Below, piece by piece: positions 56,218 to 64,000 of a DNA stretch of 64,000 nt. The notes beneath the pieces were generated by a model that did not search any database, was not told the origin of the DNA, and saw nothing but the letters and a program-made list of their open reading frames with translations. The DNA comes from Akkermansia muciniphila. GTDB taxonomy: Bacteria; Verrucomicrobiota; Verrucomicrobiia; Opitutales; Opitutaceae. Made by a program: the position numbers and the translations under genes. The stretch is taken from the NCBI GenBank assembly GCA_945898185.1, contig CAMDHP010000002.1, positions 668 to 64,667 of the forward strand, given 5' to 3'. The first letter of the stretch is position 1, and every line of letters begins with the position of its first letter.

Positions 56218-58011
56218 CTACTCTGCGGCCGGCGAAACGATCGCGATGTGGAGTTCCTTCAGCTGCTTGTCAGTGACCGGAGTGGGCGACTGCGCCATGA
56301 GATCCTGACCCTTTTGAGTCTTGGGGAACGCGATCACGTCGCGGATGCTGGTCGTGCCGCAGAGCAGCGCGCACACGCGATCCAGACCAAAGGCGATACC
56401 GCCATGCGGGGGCGCCCCGAAGGTGAAGGCCTTGAGCATGTAGCCGAAACGGCTCTCGACGACGTCGGCGGGGATCTTGAGCACATCCTTGAAAACCTTT
56501 TCCTGCACCGCCGGTTGGTGGATACGGATCGAGCCGCCGCCGAGCTCCATGCCATTCAAAACAAGATCGTAATGCTGGCCGCGCACCTTGGCCGGATCGC
56601 TGTCGAGCAGATGTAAGTCCTCGGGCACCGGCGCGGTGAAAGGATGGTGCGTGGCGAGGTAGCGCTTCGCCTCCTCGTCGTAGGTCATGAGCGGGAACTC
56701 GACCACCCAGAGAAATTTCCAGTCGTCGTGGTGGATGGTCATCTTGCCGCGTTTCGCGAGGAGTTGTGCGGCCTCGAGGCGGACGCGGCCAAGGATGGCG
56801 CAAGCTTTTTCCCAAGGCGCGGCAGCGAAGAACACCATGTCGCCATCGGCGATGCCGAGCTGCGCGGTAAGCGCGGCTTTCTCGACGTCGGAGAAGAATT
56901 TCACGATGGGCGACTTCCACTCGCCGCCCTCGCACTTGATGAAGGCGAGGCCTTTCGCGCCGAGAGATTTCGCGATGTCTTCGAGGGTTTTGAGTTCACC
57001 CTGCGTGAGGTCGGCGAGGCCTTTGGCATTGATGGCCTTGATGACGCCGCCGCCCGCGACCGTGGCTTGGAAAACCTTGAACGCGGAGTTGCGGAAGGTT
57101 TCCGAGAGGTCGGTGAGTTCGAAGCCAAAGCGCATGTCAGGCTTATCCACTCCGAAGCGGTTCATCGCCTCGCCGTAGGGCATACGCAGGAAAGGCGTCG
57201 GGATGTCCACCCCGAGCACAGTCTGCCAAATCTTTTTCACCATGCCCTCAAAAATCCGGTAAACGTCCTCGCGATCGATGAACGAGGCCTCGACGTCCAC
57301 TTGGGTGAATTCCATCTGGCGGTCGGCGCGCAGATCTTCGTCACGGAAGCAGCGCGCAATCTGGAAATAGCGCTCCACCCCGGCGACCATGAGGATTTGT
57401 TTAAACTGCTGGGGCGACTGGGAGAGCGCGTAGAACTGGCCGGCGTGGATGCGCGACGGCACGAGGTATTCGCGCGCGCCCTCGGGGGTGGATTTGAAGA
57501 GCGCGGGCGTCTCGACCTCGATGAACTCTTGGGAATCGAAGTAGTCACGAATGGCCTTGGTGGCCTTGTGGCGCACGAGAAGATTGTGGCGCATTTTTGG
57601 ACGGCGCAGGTCGAGGTAACGGTAGGTGAGGCGCAGGTCTTCGTTGACCTTGTCGCCGCCGGCATCCGTGAGCGGGAACGGCGGGGTATCGGAGATGTTG
57701 TGAATGATCAGAGCGGTGGCGGAAACCTCGATGGCGCCGGTGGGGAGCGAGGCGTTGACCGTGCCCTCGGGGCGGGCGACGACTTGGCCGGTGATGGCGA
57801 TGACGGACTCAGGTTTGACCGTGGCGGCCTCGGCGGCGAGCGCGGCGTGGTCCTGCGGGTCAAACTTTACCTGCGTGATTCCCTTCCGGTCGCGAAGGTC
57901 GATGAAAAGGATGCCGCCGTGGTCGCGGATGGAGTCCACCCAGCCGACAAGCGAGACGGTGGCGCCGAGGTCGGCGGCGGTGAGCTGGGCACAGTGGTGC
58001 GTGTTCGTCAT
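56218..58011 (-). CDS. aspS: Aspartate--tRNA ligase (bacterial type with GAD insert)
   Basis: RDHGG, RLTYRYLDLR, LSQSPQQFKQ, YFQIARCFRDEDLRADRQMEFTQ, GAPPHGGIAFGLDR. Confidence 0.97.
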   Translation of the reverse strand: MTNTHHCAQLTAADLGATVSLVGWVDSIRDHGGILFIDLRDRKGITQVKFDPQDHAALAAEAATVKPESVIAITGQVVARPEGTVNASLPTGAIEVSATALIIHNISDTPPFPLTDAGGDKVNEDLRLTYRYLDLRRPKMRHNLLVRHKATKAIRDYFDSQEFIEVETPALFKSTPEGAREYLVPSRIHAGQFYALSQSPQQFKQILMVAGVERYFQIARCFRDEDLRADRQMEFTQVDVEASFIDREDVYRIFEGMVKKIWQTVLGVDIPTPFLRMPYGEAMNRFGVDKPDMRFGFELTDLSETFRNSAFKVFQATVAGGGVIKAINAKGLADLTQGELKTLEDIAKSLGAKGLAFIKCEGGEWKSPIVKFFSDVEKAALTAQLGIADGDMVFFAAAPWEKACAILGRVRLEAAQLLAKRGKMTIHHDDWKFLWVVEFPLMTYDEEAKRYLATHHPFTAPVPEDLHLLDSDPAKVRGQHYDLVLNGMELGGGSIRIHQPAVQEKVFKDVLKIPADVVESRFGYMLKAFTFGAPPHGGIAFGLDRVCALLCGTTSIRDVIAFPKTQKGQDLMAQSPTPVTDKQLKELHIAIVSPAAE

Positions 58012-58178
58012 GGGTTAAAGCGATTTGGTTAAACACTCAGCAAAGCTGGCGCGGAGGCGCGGCGGCAACGAGATTTTGGCGTCGGCGTTTCGCGTGGCCT
58101 GCCGGAGCCACCTTGCAAGGCCATTAAACAAGCTGGCCCAACGCGCGCCAACTGCCCACAAACGCACCCGCCCATCCT

Positions 58179-58850
58179 ATGATCGACGCCGTCAAACACC
58201 TCATTGATTTCATTCTCCACATCGACGATCATCTTCGTGAGATCGTCGCCAACTACGGCACCTGGACCTACGGCGTGCTCGCGTTGATTATCTTCGCCGA
58301 GACCGGCCTCGTCGTGACGCCCTTCCTCCCCGGCGACTCGCTGCTCTTCGCCGCTGGCGCCCTCAGCGCGGCCGAAGGCAGTCAGCTTAACGTCCACGTG
58401 ATGGCGCTTCTGCTATTCGTGTGCGCCGTCATCGGCGACAGCCTGAATTACTGGATCGGCTCCCGCGTCGGCCCTGCGGTCTTCAAACGCGAAGACTCCC
58501 TGTTTCTACGTAAAAAGCATCTCGAGCGCGCTCACGCCTTTTTCGAAAAATATGGTGGTCGCGCCGTTGTCCTCGCCCGCTTCGTGCCCATCGTGCGGAC
58601 CTTCGTCCCCTTTGTCGCCGGCATCGGCAACATGAGCTACAAACAGTTCATGGCCTACAACGTCTTCGGCGGCTTCATCTGGGTTTATTTCTTCTGCTAT
58701 GCCGGGTTCTTTTTCGGTGCGACACCGCTTGTGCAGAAAAACTTCAAACTCGTGATCCTCGCCATCATCTTCCTCTCGATCCTCCCTATCGTGTTCGAGT
58801 TCGCACGCGCCTGGCTCGCCAGCCGCAAGGAGAAAGCTACGGCGTCCTGA
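58179..58850 (+). CDS. dedA: DedA family membrane protein
   Basis: FAETGL, PFLPGDSLLF, GDSLNYWIG, RFVPIVRTF. Confidence 0.93.
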   Translation: MIDAVKHLIDFILHIDDHLREIVANYGTWTYGVLALIIFAETGLVVTPFLPGDSLLFAAGALSAAEGSQLNVHVMALLLFVCAVIGDSLNYWIGSRVGPAVFKREDSLFLRKKHLERAHAFFEKYGGRAVVLARFVPIVRTFVPFVAGIGNMSYKQFMAYNVFGGFIWVYFFCYAGFFFGATPLVQKNFKLVILAIIFLSILPIVFEFARAWLASRKEKATAS

Positions 58851-58929
58851 GTGGAGCGCACTCATTCCGGCTCGGGTGGGTGAATGTTAGAAGGCCTCCT
58901 TCCACCCGCCCGCGCACGCCAGCACGTCC

Positions 58930-59240
58930 CTGATCTTTTTGACCCGGCCCCGCCTCCAAGTTAATTAGGCAACGCGCCCGACTCCGGCATGCTGGGCGCC
59001 TAATGACTTCGCACGATTCCGGTCTTTGACCCTTGTGGTCTTTTGATAATACCAAGGTCTTTTGATCCTTGGGCTCAAATCATATGGGCGATGCCCCGGG
59101 GACAAGGGGAAGGCATCTTGCCGCTGCCGTGGATCAGTCTGAATCTCCCGTGCTGTTGGTATGAGGGTGATCAGAGGAGAGAACGCCCCGACGCCGTGCC
59201 CGCCAGTTTTGAGTGCTGCGGCTCGACGCCGTTTGGGGCA
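58930..59240. repeat. Cluster of short direct repeats (GGTCTTT(T)GA) and degenerate REP-like palindromes
   Basis: GGTCTTT(T)GA at 59021, 59037 and 59056; TTTTGAGTGCTGCGGCTCGACGCCGTTT at 59207-59234. Confidence 0.5.
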
Positions 59241-59494
59241 GCGCGCCCCGGTTGTCATCTTTGCACTTTCGCCAATAGCGACAACGGATTCTCAGATTAA
59301 CTCCGGCCCCAACGCGGCCTACCGTTCTCCCGCGGTTTACGCGGTTTCAAGCCACAAATCGGATCGCCAATCTAGGTTGCATCAGAGGGCGGCGTCCAAC
59401 TGCGGAGTTCGAGCTAAGGTCAGCACGGAACAAACTCGCCCACCGCAGCGGAGCACGGTTCCTTTTTTCTTCGCCACCGCCTATACCACCGCCC

Positions 59495-60601
59495 ATGCCA
59501 CCGCTCTCCACCGATCTTTTTGACTACGTCCTGCCGCCTCACCTCATCGCCCAGATCCCCGCCAGGCGGCGCGATGCCTCCCGCCTTCTCGTCGCCCACC
59601 GCGCCACCCATCGTATCGAACACCGCCACTTTTCCGATCTCGGCGACTACCTCCGCCTTGGCGACACCCTTTTCCGCAACAACGCCGCCGTCCTCCCGGC
59701 CCGCCTGCTCGCCCAGCGTCCCACCGGCGGCGCGGTCGAGTGCCTCCTTCTTCGCCCCGCCGCCGATGGCGAGACGTGGTGGTGCCTGATCCGGCCCGGC
59801 AAGAAACTCCCTCCCGGCGCCACCTTCGGGATTGAGGGTGCCTTCACCGGCACCGTGCTGGAAAAAGATGCCGAAGGTGCCACCCGCATCGCTTTCACCT
59901 GCACGCCCGGCCCCGACGGCACACCCGCCACCATCATCGCCGTGGCTAACCGCCTGGGCGAAGTTCCACTCCCGCCCTACATCCAGCGGCAACACACCGC
60001 CGCCGAGCGCCGCGCCGACCTCGAAAGTTACCAGACCGTCTACGCCGACCGTCGCCGGCAAGTCGCCGCGGCCGCGCCCACCGCCGGCCTGCACTTCACG
60101 CCGGAGTTGCTCGCCGCTCTCGCCACCCAAGGTGTGCGCACCGCCGATCTCACGCTCCACGTCGGCCTCGGCACCTTTAAGCCTATCGCCACCGAGACCA
60201 TCGAGGCCCACGCCATCCATCGCGAGGTCTACGAGATTTCGCCCTCCACGCAAAATGCCCTGCTATCGCCCGCGCCCGGCACCCGCCGTATCGCGATTGG
60301 CACTACAAGCGTACGTTCGCTGGAGGACTTTTGGCAAAAGCACCCCGCTGGCGCGCCCGCCTCCACCCAGCCGCACCTCAGCGAGGCGGCCACCTATCTT
60401 TACCCGCCGCGAGAGTTCCCCGCCATCGACTCCCTCATCACCAACTTCCACCAGCCGCGCTCGACCTTGCTCTGTCTCGTGAGCGCGTTCCTCGCCCCCG
60501 GCTCGATCGATGGCATCGCATGGTGCCGCGAGATCTACGCCGAGGCCATCGCGCGCGAATACCGCTTTTTCAGCTACGGCGACGCCATGCTCATTTTGTA
60601 A
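59495..60601 (+). CDS. queA: S-adenosylmethionine:tRNA ribosyltransferase-isomerase
   Basis: FDYVLP..LIAQ, VPLPPYI, YQTVYA, AAPTAGLHFT, TLHVGLGTF, GTTSVRSLE, TNFHQP, YRFFSYGDAMLI. Confidence 0.97.
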   Translation: MPPLSTDLFDYVLPPHLIAQIPARRRDASRLLVAHRATHRIEHRHFSDLGDYLRLGDTLFRNNAAVLPARLLAQRPTGGAVECLLLRPAADGETWWCLIRPGKKLPPGATFGIEGAFTGTVLEKDAEGATRIAFTCTPGPDGTPATIIAVANRLGEVPLPPYIQRQHTAAERRADLESYQTVYADRRRQVAAAAPTAGLHFTPELLAALATQGVRTADLTLHVGLGTFKPIATETIEAHAIHREVYEISPSTQNALLSPAPGTRRIAIGTTSVRSLEDFWQKHPAGAPASTQPHLSEAATYLYPPREFPAIDSLITNFHQPRSTLLCLVSAFLAPGSIDGIAWCREIYAEAIAREYRFFSYGDAMLIL

Positions 60602-60655
60602 CAATTGCGTGCCATGGCTTGCGCCCTTTGCTCGCCGAGTATGCCCTCGAGTGAG

Positions 60656-60976
60656 ATGCATTCAATGACCACCCCAGATGAGGGCTCCGACCCGCCACCT
60701 CCTACCACGATGGACTCCTGGCGCGTCCTGGTGCGCGGCGCCAGCGTGATCGGTATTCTTTTCGTCTTCAGCTTCTGGTCCGCCAAGGGCTACAATCGCG
60801 GGTGGTCGCAAAATCAGGTGCCGGTCAAAAATATCGACCCCGTCACCGAGATCGAATTCACCACTTTCCAGAAGCGCTTTATCCCCGGTCTCGATTACCT
60901 CGCCGGCGGCACCGCCCTCGGGCTCACACTTTTTGCCGTAACTTTTCTTCGCCGTCGCAGTCACAATCTATCCTGA
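60656..60976 (+). CDS. Small hypothetical two-TM membrane protein (start uncertain)
   Basis: Two hydrophobic segments flank a GYNRGWSQNQVPVKNIDPVTEIEF..FQKRFIPGLD loop; C-rich codon usage like its neighbours. Confidence 0.6.
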   Translation: MHSMTTPDEGSDPPPPTTMDSWRVLVRGASVIGILFVFSFWSAKGYNRGWSQNQVPVKNIDPVTEIEFTTFQKRFIPGLDYLAGGTALGLTLFAVTFLRRRSHNLS

Positions 60977-61025
60977 GCCCCGCGCTCTCCCGCTTTAGGC
61001 CTTAAAAATAACCACACCTCCCACC

Positions 61026-61658
61026 ATGTCCGCAATCCCCACTACCCTGCGCTCCATCGCCTTTGCCGGCTTCACCATCGTCTCGGCCATTGCGTCGCCC
61101 AAGACCTTCGATTTACAGGATCCCAAGGGCGTCAACGCCATCCAATTCAAGCTCGACTCGATCCTCGAACCCATCGCCGGCACCGCGGGGGCCATTACCG
61201 GCACCGTTACCTTTGATCCCTCCGCCATCGAGGCGACCAACGGCAAGGTCTCCGCCGCCGCCGCCTCTATCGTGGTGCCCAACGCCAAGATGAACGAGCA
61301 CCTCCTCGGCGCGTCTTGGGTTGATGCCGCAAAGCATCCCGAGATCAGCTTCGCCTTCACCTCCCTCACCGATGTGAAGTCCGTCGGCGCCAACAAGTGG
61401 ACCGCCACCGCTGCCGGACAATTCTCGCTCAAGGGCGTCACCAAGGAAATCACCGTTCCCGTCTCCCTCACCTACCTTGAAGGCCAGTTCGGCACCCGCC
61501 TAAATAAACCCGAGCTTGGCGGCGACTTGCTCGTGGTGCGCGGCGAGTTCTCCGTCGCCCGCGGCGACTACGGCATCAAGCCCGGCGAAAGCGAGGACAA
61601 GGTCGCCCCCGTTATCCAACTCACTTTCGCCCTCGTCGGCGGCGCACCCAAGTCCTAA
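61026..61658 (+). CDS. YceI-family (polyisoprenoid-binding) secreted protein
   Basis: Signal peptide, then N.KMNEHL...W.DAAKHPEI.F, G.FSLKGVTKEI, F.V.R.DYGI. Confidence 0.85.
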   Translation: MSAIPTTLRSIAFAGFTIVSAIASPKTFDLQDPKGVNAIQFKLDSILEPIAGTAGAITGTVTFDPSAIEATNGKVSAAAASIVVPNAKMNEHLLGASWVDAAKHPEISFAFTSLTDVKSVGANKWTATAAGQFSLKGVTKEITVPVSLTYLEGQFGTRLNKPELGGDLLVVRGEFSVARGDYGIKPGESEDKVAPVIQLTFALVGGAPKS

Positions 61659-61701
61659 GCGCCCGTTCGATTAAGTCGTTTCACCTCCCCTTCCCCCCAA
61701 G

Positions 61702-61738
61702 GCCGCGCGATCCTAAAGGTTCGCGCGGCTTTTCTTTT
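61702..61738 (+). terminator. Intrinsic terminator after the YceI gene
   Basis: GCCGCGCGA / TCGCGCGGC followed by TTTTCTTTT. Confidence 0.75.
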
Positions 61739-61779
61739 GCTGCGATGCCGGCGTTTCCCTGCATCTTTCCATCGCACCC

Positions 61780-62142
61780 ATGACCGACACCGAGCTCCAG
61801 ACCCTGATCGAAGACGCCACTTTTGACTACGCCATGGGCGACACCGACGACGCAGTCGCCAAACTCGCCAGCGCCACCGCCGCCCGCCCCGACTCCTTCG
61901 AGGCCTGGCATGCCCTCGCAGAGATCAACTTCAGCGCCCGTCGCCTCGATCCCGCCCTCGCCGCCGCCGAGCACGCCCACGCCCTCCGATCCGACGACCT
62001 TTTTATCAACACCACCCTCTCGCGCATCTGGATGGAAAAAGGCGATAAGCCCACCGCTGAGAAATTCGGTGCCCAGGCTAAAATCCTTGGCTGGAAAGAT
62101 CAGCTCCAAAACCCCGCCGCCCACCAAGACGGCCTGAAGTAA
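61780..62142 (+). CDS. Small TPR-like repeat protein
   Basis: Helical repeats with a TPR-type pattern (AWHALAEINF..A..AAEHA..L.SDD). Confidence 0.7.
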   Translation: MTDTELQTLIEDATFDYAMGDTDDAVAKLASATAARPDSFEAWHALAEINFSARRLDPALAAAEHAHALRSDDLFINTTLSRIWMEKGDKPTAEKFGAQAKILGWKDQLQNPAAHQDGLK

Positions 62143-62323
62143 CAACGGAAGAAGGCCTTCCCCCTTTGCCCCCAGCGCATCGCCACCGACTGCTAGTGGA
62201 CAAATCCGGCTCGATGAACCGCGAAGACGATCCGAAGGGACGCGAAGAGGACCCTACCACTGATGCAACGGGAGTTTGATACCCATACCCGAAAGGTCTC
62301 AGCAGATAGCGATCTGAGTTGAT

Positions 62324-62463
62324 CACGGATCACTCGAATTATCACAGAAAGGCGCATATTGATCCGTGTCTATTCGTGCTATCCGAGGTTAATCGCTGAC
62401 CGCTTGGAGCTATTTGTGTGGGCCGTGACTTCGCGCCCCTTAGCGAGCCTTCGCGGTTTAAAA
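62324..62463. repeat. Degenerate decamer-repeat hairpin elements
   Basis: CACGGATC/GATCCGTG inverted pair; ATCCGTGTCT-ATTCGTGCT-ATCCGAGGTT and CTTCGCGCCC-CTTAGCGAGC-CTTCGCGGTT tandem units. Confidence 0.55.
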
Positions 62464-62568
62464 ATCTCGTCCCAAGCCGTCGCCATCGCCGGCTAACTTC
62501 ACCCAAGCCCCCACGCGCCGCCCCGTTGACAGCCAACCGCTCATCTCCCTAGCTTGACGACCGAAACC

Positions 62569-63549
62569 ATGGAAGCACCCACCTACACGCTCGAGTTCGA
62601 AAAGCCACTCCGCGACCTCAGCGCCCAACTGGAGCAACTGCGCAAGCAATCCCTCGAAAACAACCTCGACGTCGCCAGCGAGATCGCCGCCATCGAGCGC
62701 AAGATCACCTCCACCCAGCGCGAGATCTACTCCAGCCTCACTCCTTGGCAAAGGGTCCAGATCGCCCGCCACCCGAAGCGCCCCTACGCCCTCGATTACG
62801 TTAATCTCACCCTCACCGGCTTCCAAGAGCTCCACGGCGACCGCCAGTTCAACGACGACCGCGCCCTCATCGGCGGCACCGCCTTCTTCAACGGCCAGTC
62901 AGTCATGGTCATAGCCCAGCAAAAAGGCCGCGATACCAAGGAGAAAATCGCCCGCAATTTCGGCATGCCCCAGCCCGAGGGCTACCGCAAGGCCCTCCGC
63001 CTCATGAAACTCGCCGAGAAGTTCGGCCTGCCCGTTTTTACCTTCATTGATACCCCCGGCGCCTATCCCGGCCTCGGCTCCGAGGAGCGCCACGTCTCCG
63101 AGGCCATCGCGGTCAACCTCCGCGAGATGTCGCTCCTGCGCGTGCCCACCATCTCCATCGTCGTCGGCGAAGGCGGCTCCGGCGGCGCCCTCGGCATCGG
63201 CGTCACCGATCGCGTGCTCATTTTCGACAACAGCTATTACTCGGTAATCTCCCCAGAGGGCTGCGCCGCCATCCTCTGGAAGGACTCCGCCGCCGCCCCC
63301 AAAGCCGCCGAAGCACTCAAACTCAACGCCGACGTCCTCGAAAAACTGGGCGTCGTGGACGAGGTCATCCCCGAGCCCTTTGGCGGCGCCCATACCAACC
63401 CCGAGCAGGCCGCCGCCGCTTTGAAATACGCCCTTCAAAAACACCTCAACGACCTGCGTAGCCTCAGTCCTTCCAAGCTGCTCGACTCCCGCTACGAGCG
63501 CTACCGCCACTTGGGCGTCTATCAGGAAGACGGCGTGGTCCACGCCTGA
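62569..63549 (+). CDS. accA: Acetyl-CoA carboxylase carboxyltransferase alpha subunit
   Basis: LEFEKP, WQRVQIARHP.RP, ELHGDR, FGMPQPEGYRKALR, IDTPGAYPG, GEGGSGGAL, YSVISPEGCAAILW. Confidence 0.97.
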   Translation: MEAPTYTLEFEKPLRDLSAQLEQLRKQSLENNLDVASEIAAIERKITSTQREIYSSLTPWQRVQIARHPKRPYALDYVNLTLTGFQELHGDRQFNDDRALIGGTAFFNGQSVMVIAQQKGRDTKEKIARNFGMPQPEGYRKALRLMKLAEKFGLPVFTFIDTPGAYPGLGSEERHVSEAIAVNLREMSLLRVPTISIVVGEGGSGGALGIGVTDRVLIFDNSYYSVISPEGCAAILWKDSAAAPKAAEALKLNADVLEKLGVVDEVIPEPFGGAHTNPEQAAAALKYALQKHLNDLRSLSPSKLLDSRYERYRHLGVYQEDGVVHA

Positions 63550-63578
63550 GCCTTTCCCTCCGCCATCCGGCAAGCGAG

Positions 63579-63606
63579 CGCCGCCCCCTACCCGGGCGGC
63601 GTTTTT
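63579..63606 (+). terminator. Probable terminator of accA
   Basis: CGCCGCCC / GGGCGGCG followed by T5. Confidence 0.65.
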
Positions 63607-63698
63607 CTTGGGACGCTGGGCCACACCTAAGCGCCGCGCCGCTCCCTTTCCTTAATCTTAAACTTTCCCCTTAATCTGGCGGCTTTGCCGCCCTCAAC

Positions 63699-64000
63699 GT
63701 GAGCGCCGACACCTCCACCCCTACCCCGCCCGATCTTCCGCTCCTGCCGCCCAACCGCCTCCGCGATCTCGCCAGCGGTCAGCGACCGCAGGAACGCGCC
63801 TTCGCCCTCGGGGTGGGCGCACTCGCCGACGCCGAACTGCTCGCCCTCATTCTGCGCAGCGGAACCAAGGGTCACGATGTCATCACTCTGGCCAACCGCC
63901 TGCTCACCGATGCAGGTTCACTCCACGCCCTCGCCCGCTGGCAGGAACGCGATTTCCTCCGCCTCAAAGGCATCGGCAAGGTCAAGGCCCTCCAGCTTTG
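63699..64000 (+). CDS. radC: RadC (UPF0758/JAB) family protein, 5' part (runs off the right edge)
   Basis: Manual translation: RPQERAFALGVGALADAELLALILRSGTKGHDV..LA..LL...GSL..L....F..LKGIGKVKALQL. Confidence 0.88.
   Translation, partial: MSADTSTPTPPDLPLLPPNRLRDLASGQRPQERAFALGVGALADAELLALILRSGTKGHDVITLANRLLTDAGSLHALARWQERDFLRLKGIGKVKALQL

Noticed and set aside
59395-59495. attC-like site or preQ1 riboswitch before queA
   Set aside because: GTCCAAC fits RYYYAAC, but there is no matching GTTRRRY at the right distance and no integrase. The preQ1 consensus is absent.
58965-59523. Short ORFs in the dedA-queA spacer (59043-59300, 59161-59523)
   Set aside because: Atypical codon usage; their motif-like peptides (e.g. 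FECCGSTPFG) are simply translations of repeat DNA.

Overview
High-GC bacterial chromosomal segment, almost entirely housekeeping. It is most likely Verrucomicrobiota, Opitutales-like (inference from a PVC-superphylum signature small basic protein, a MurC-MurB fusion, and a LysM gene inside the dcw cluster). It contains: partial ugd, an orphan LivF-type ATPase, folP, an NMT1/THI5-type ABC transporter, rpmB, thiL-tsaE, a sugar ABC transporter, nadE, a maf/TonB-like/pseudouridine synthase/MazG-like/HTH-MBL run, a nitroreductase, two tandem divergent membrane proteins, polX, a menC-menE/thioesterase block, a KdgK-like kinase, obgE, a full dcw cluster (mraZ to ftsZ), amtB with two P-II genes and a TerC-family gene, aspS, dedA, queA, a YceI protein, a TPR-like protein, accA and partial radC. 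I found no tRNA, rRNA, CRISPR array, transposase or prophage gene. The best candidates for undescribed biology are: (i) a tandem pair of apparently non-catalytic PlsY-like membrane proteins; (ii) a ~180-nt structured element with two mutually exclusive folds between aspS and a P-II gene; (iii) a histone-like plus CBM20-like fusion protein; (iv) an FtsZ lacking the second T7-loop Asp; (v) an HTH-MBL protein with a rewired metal motif; (vi) REP-like palindromes, one of them inside the menC reading frame. All of these are hypotheses from reading the sequence by eye. No searches were run.
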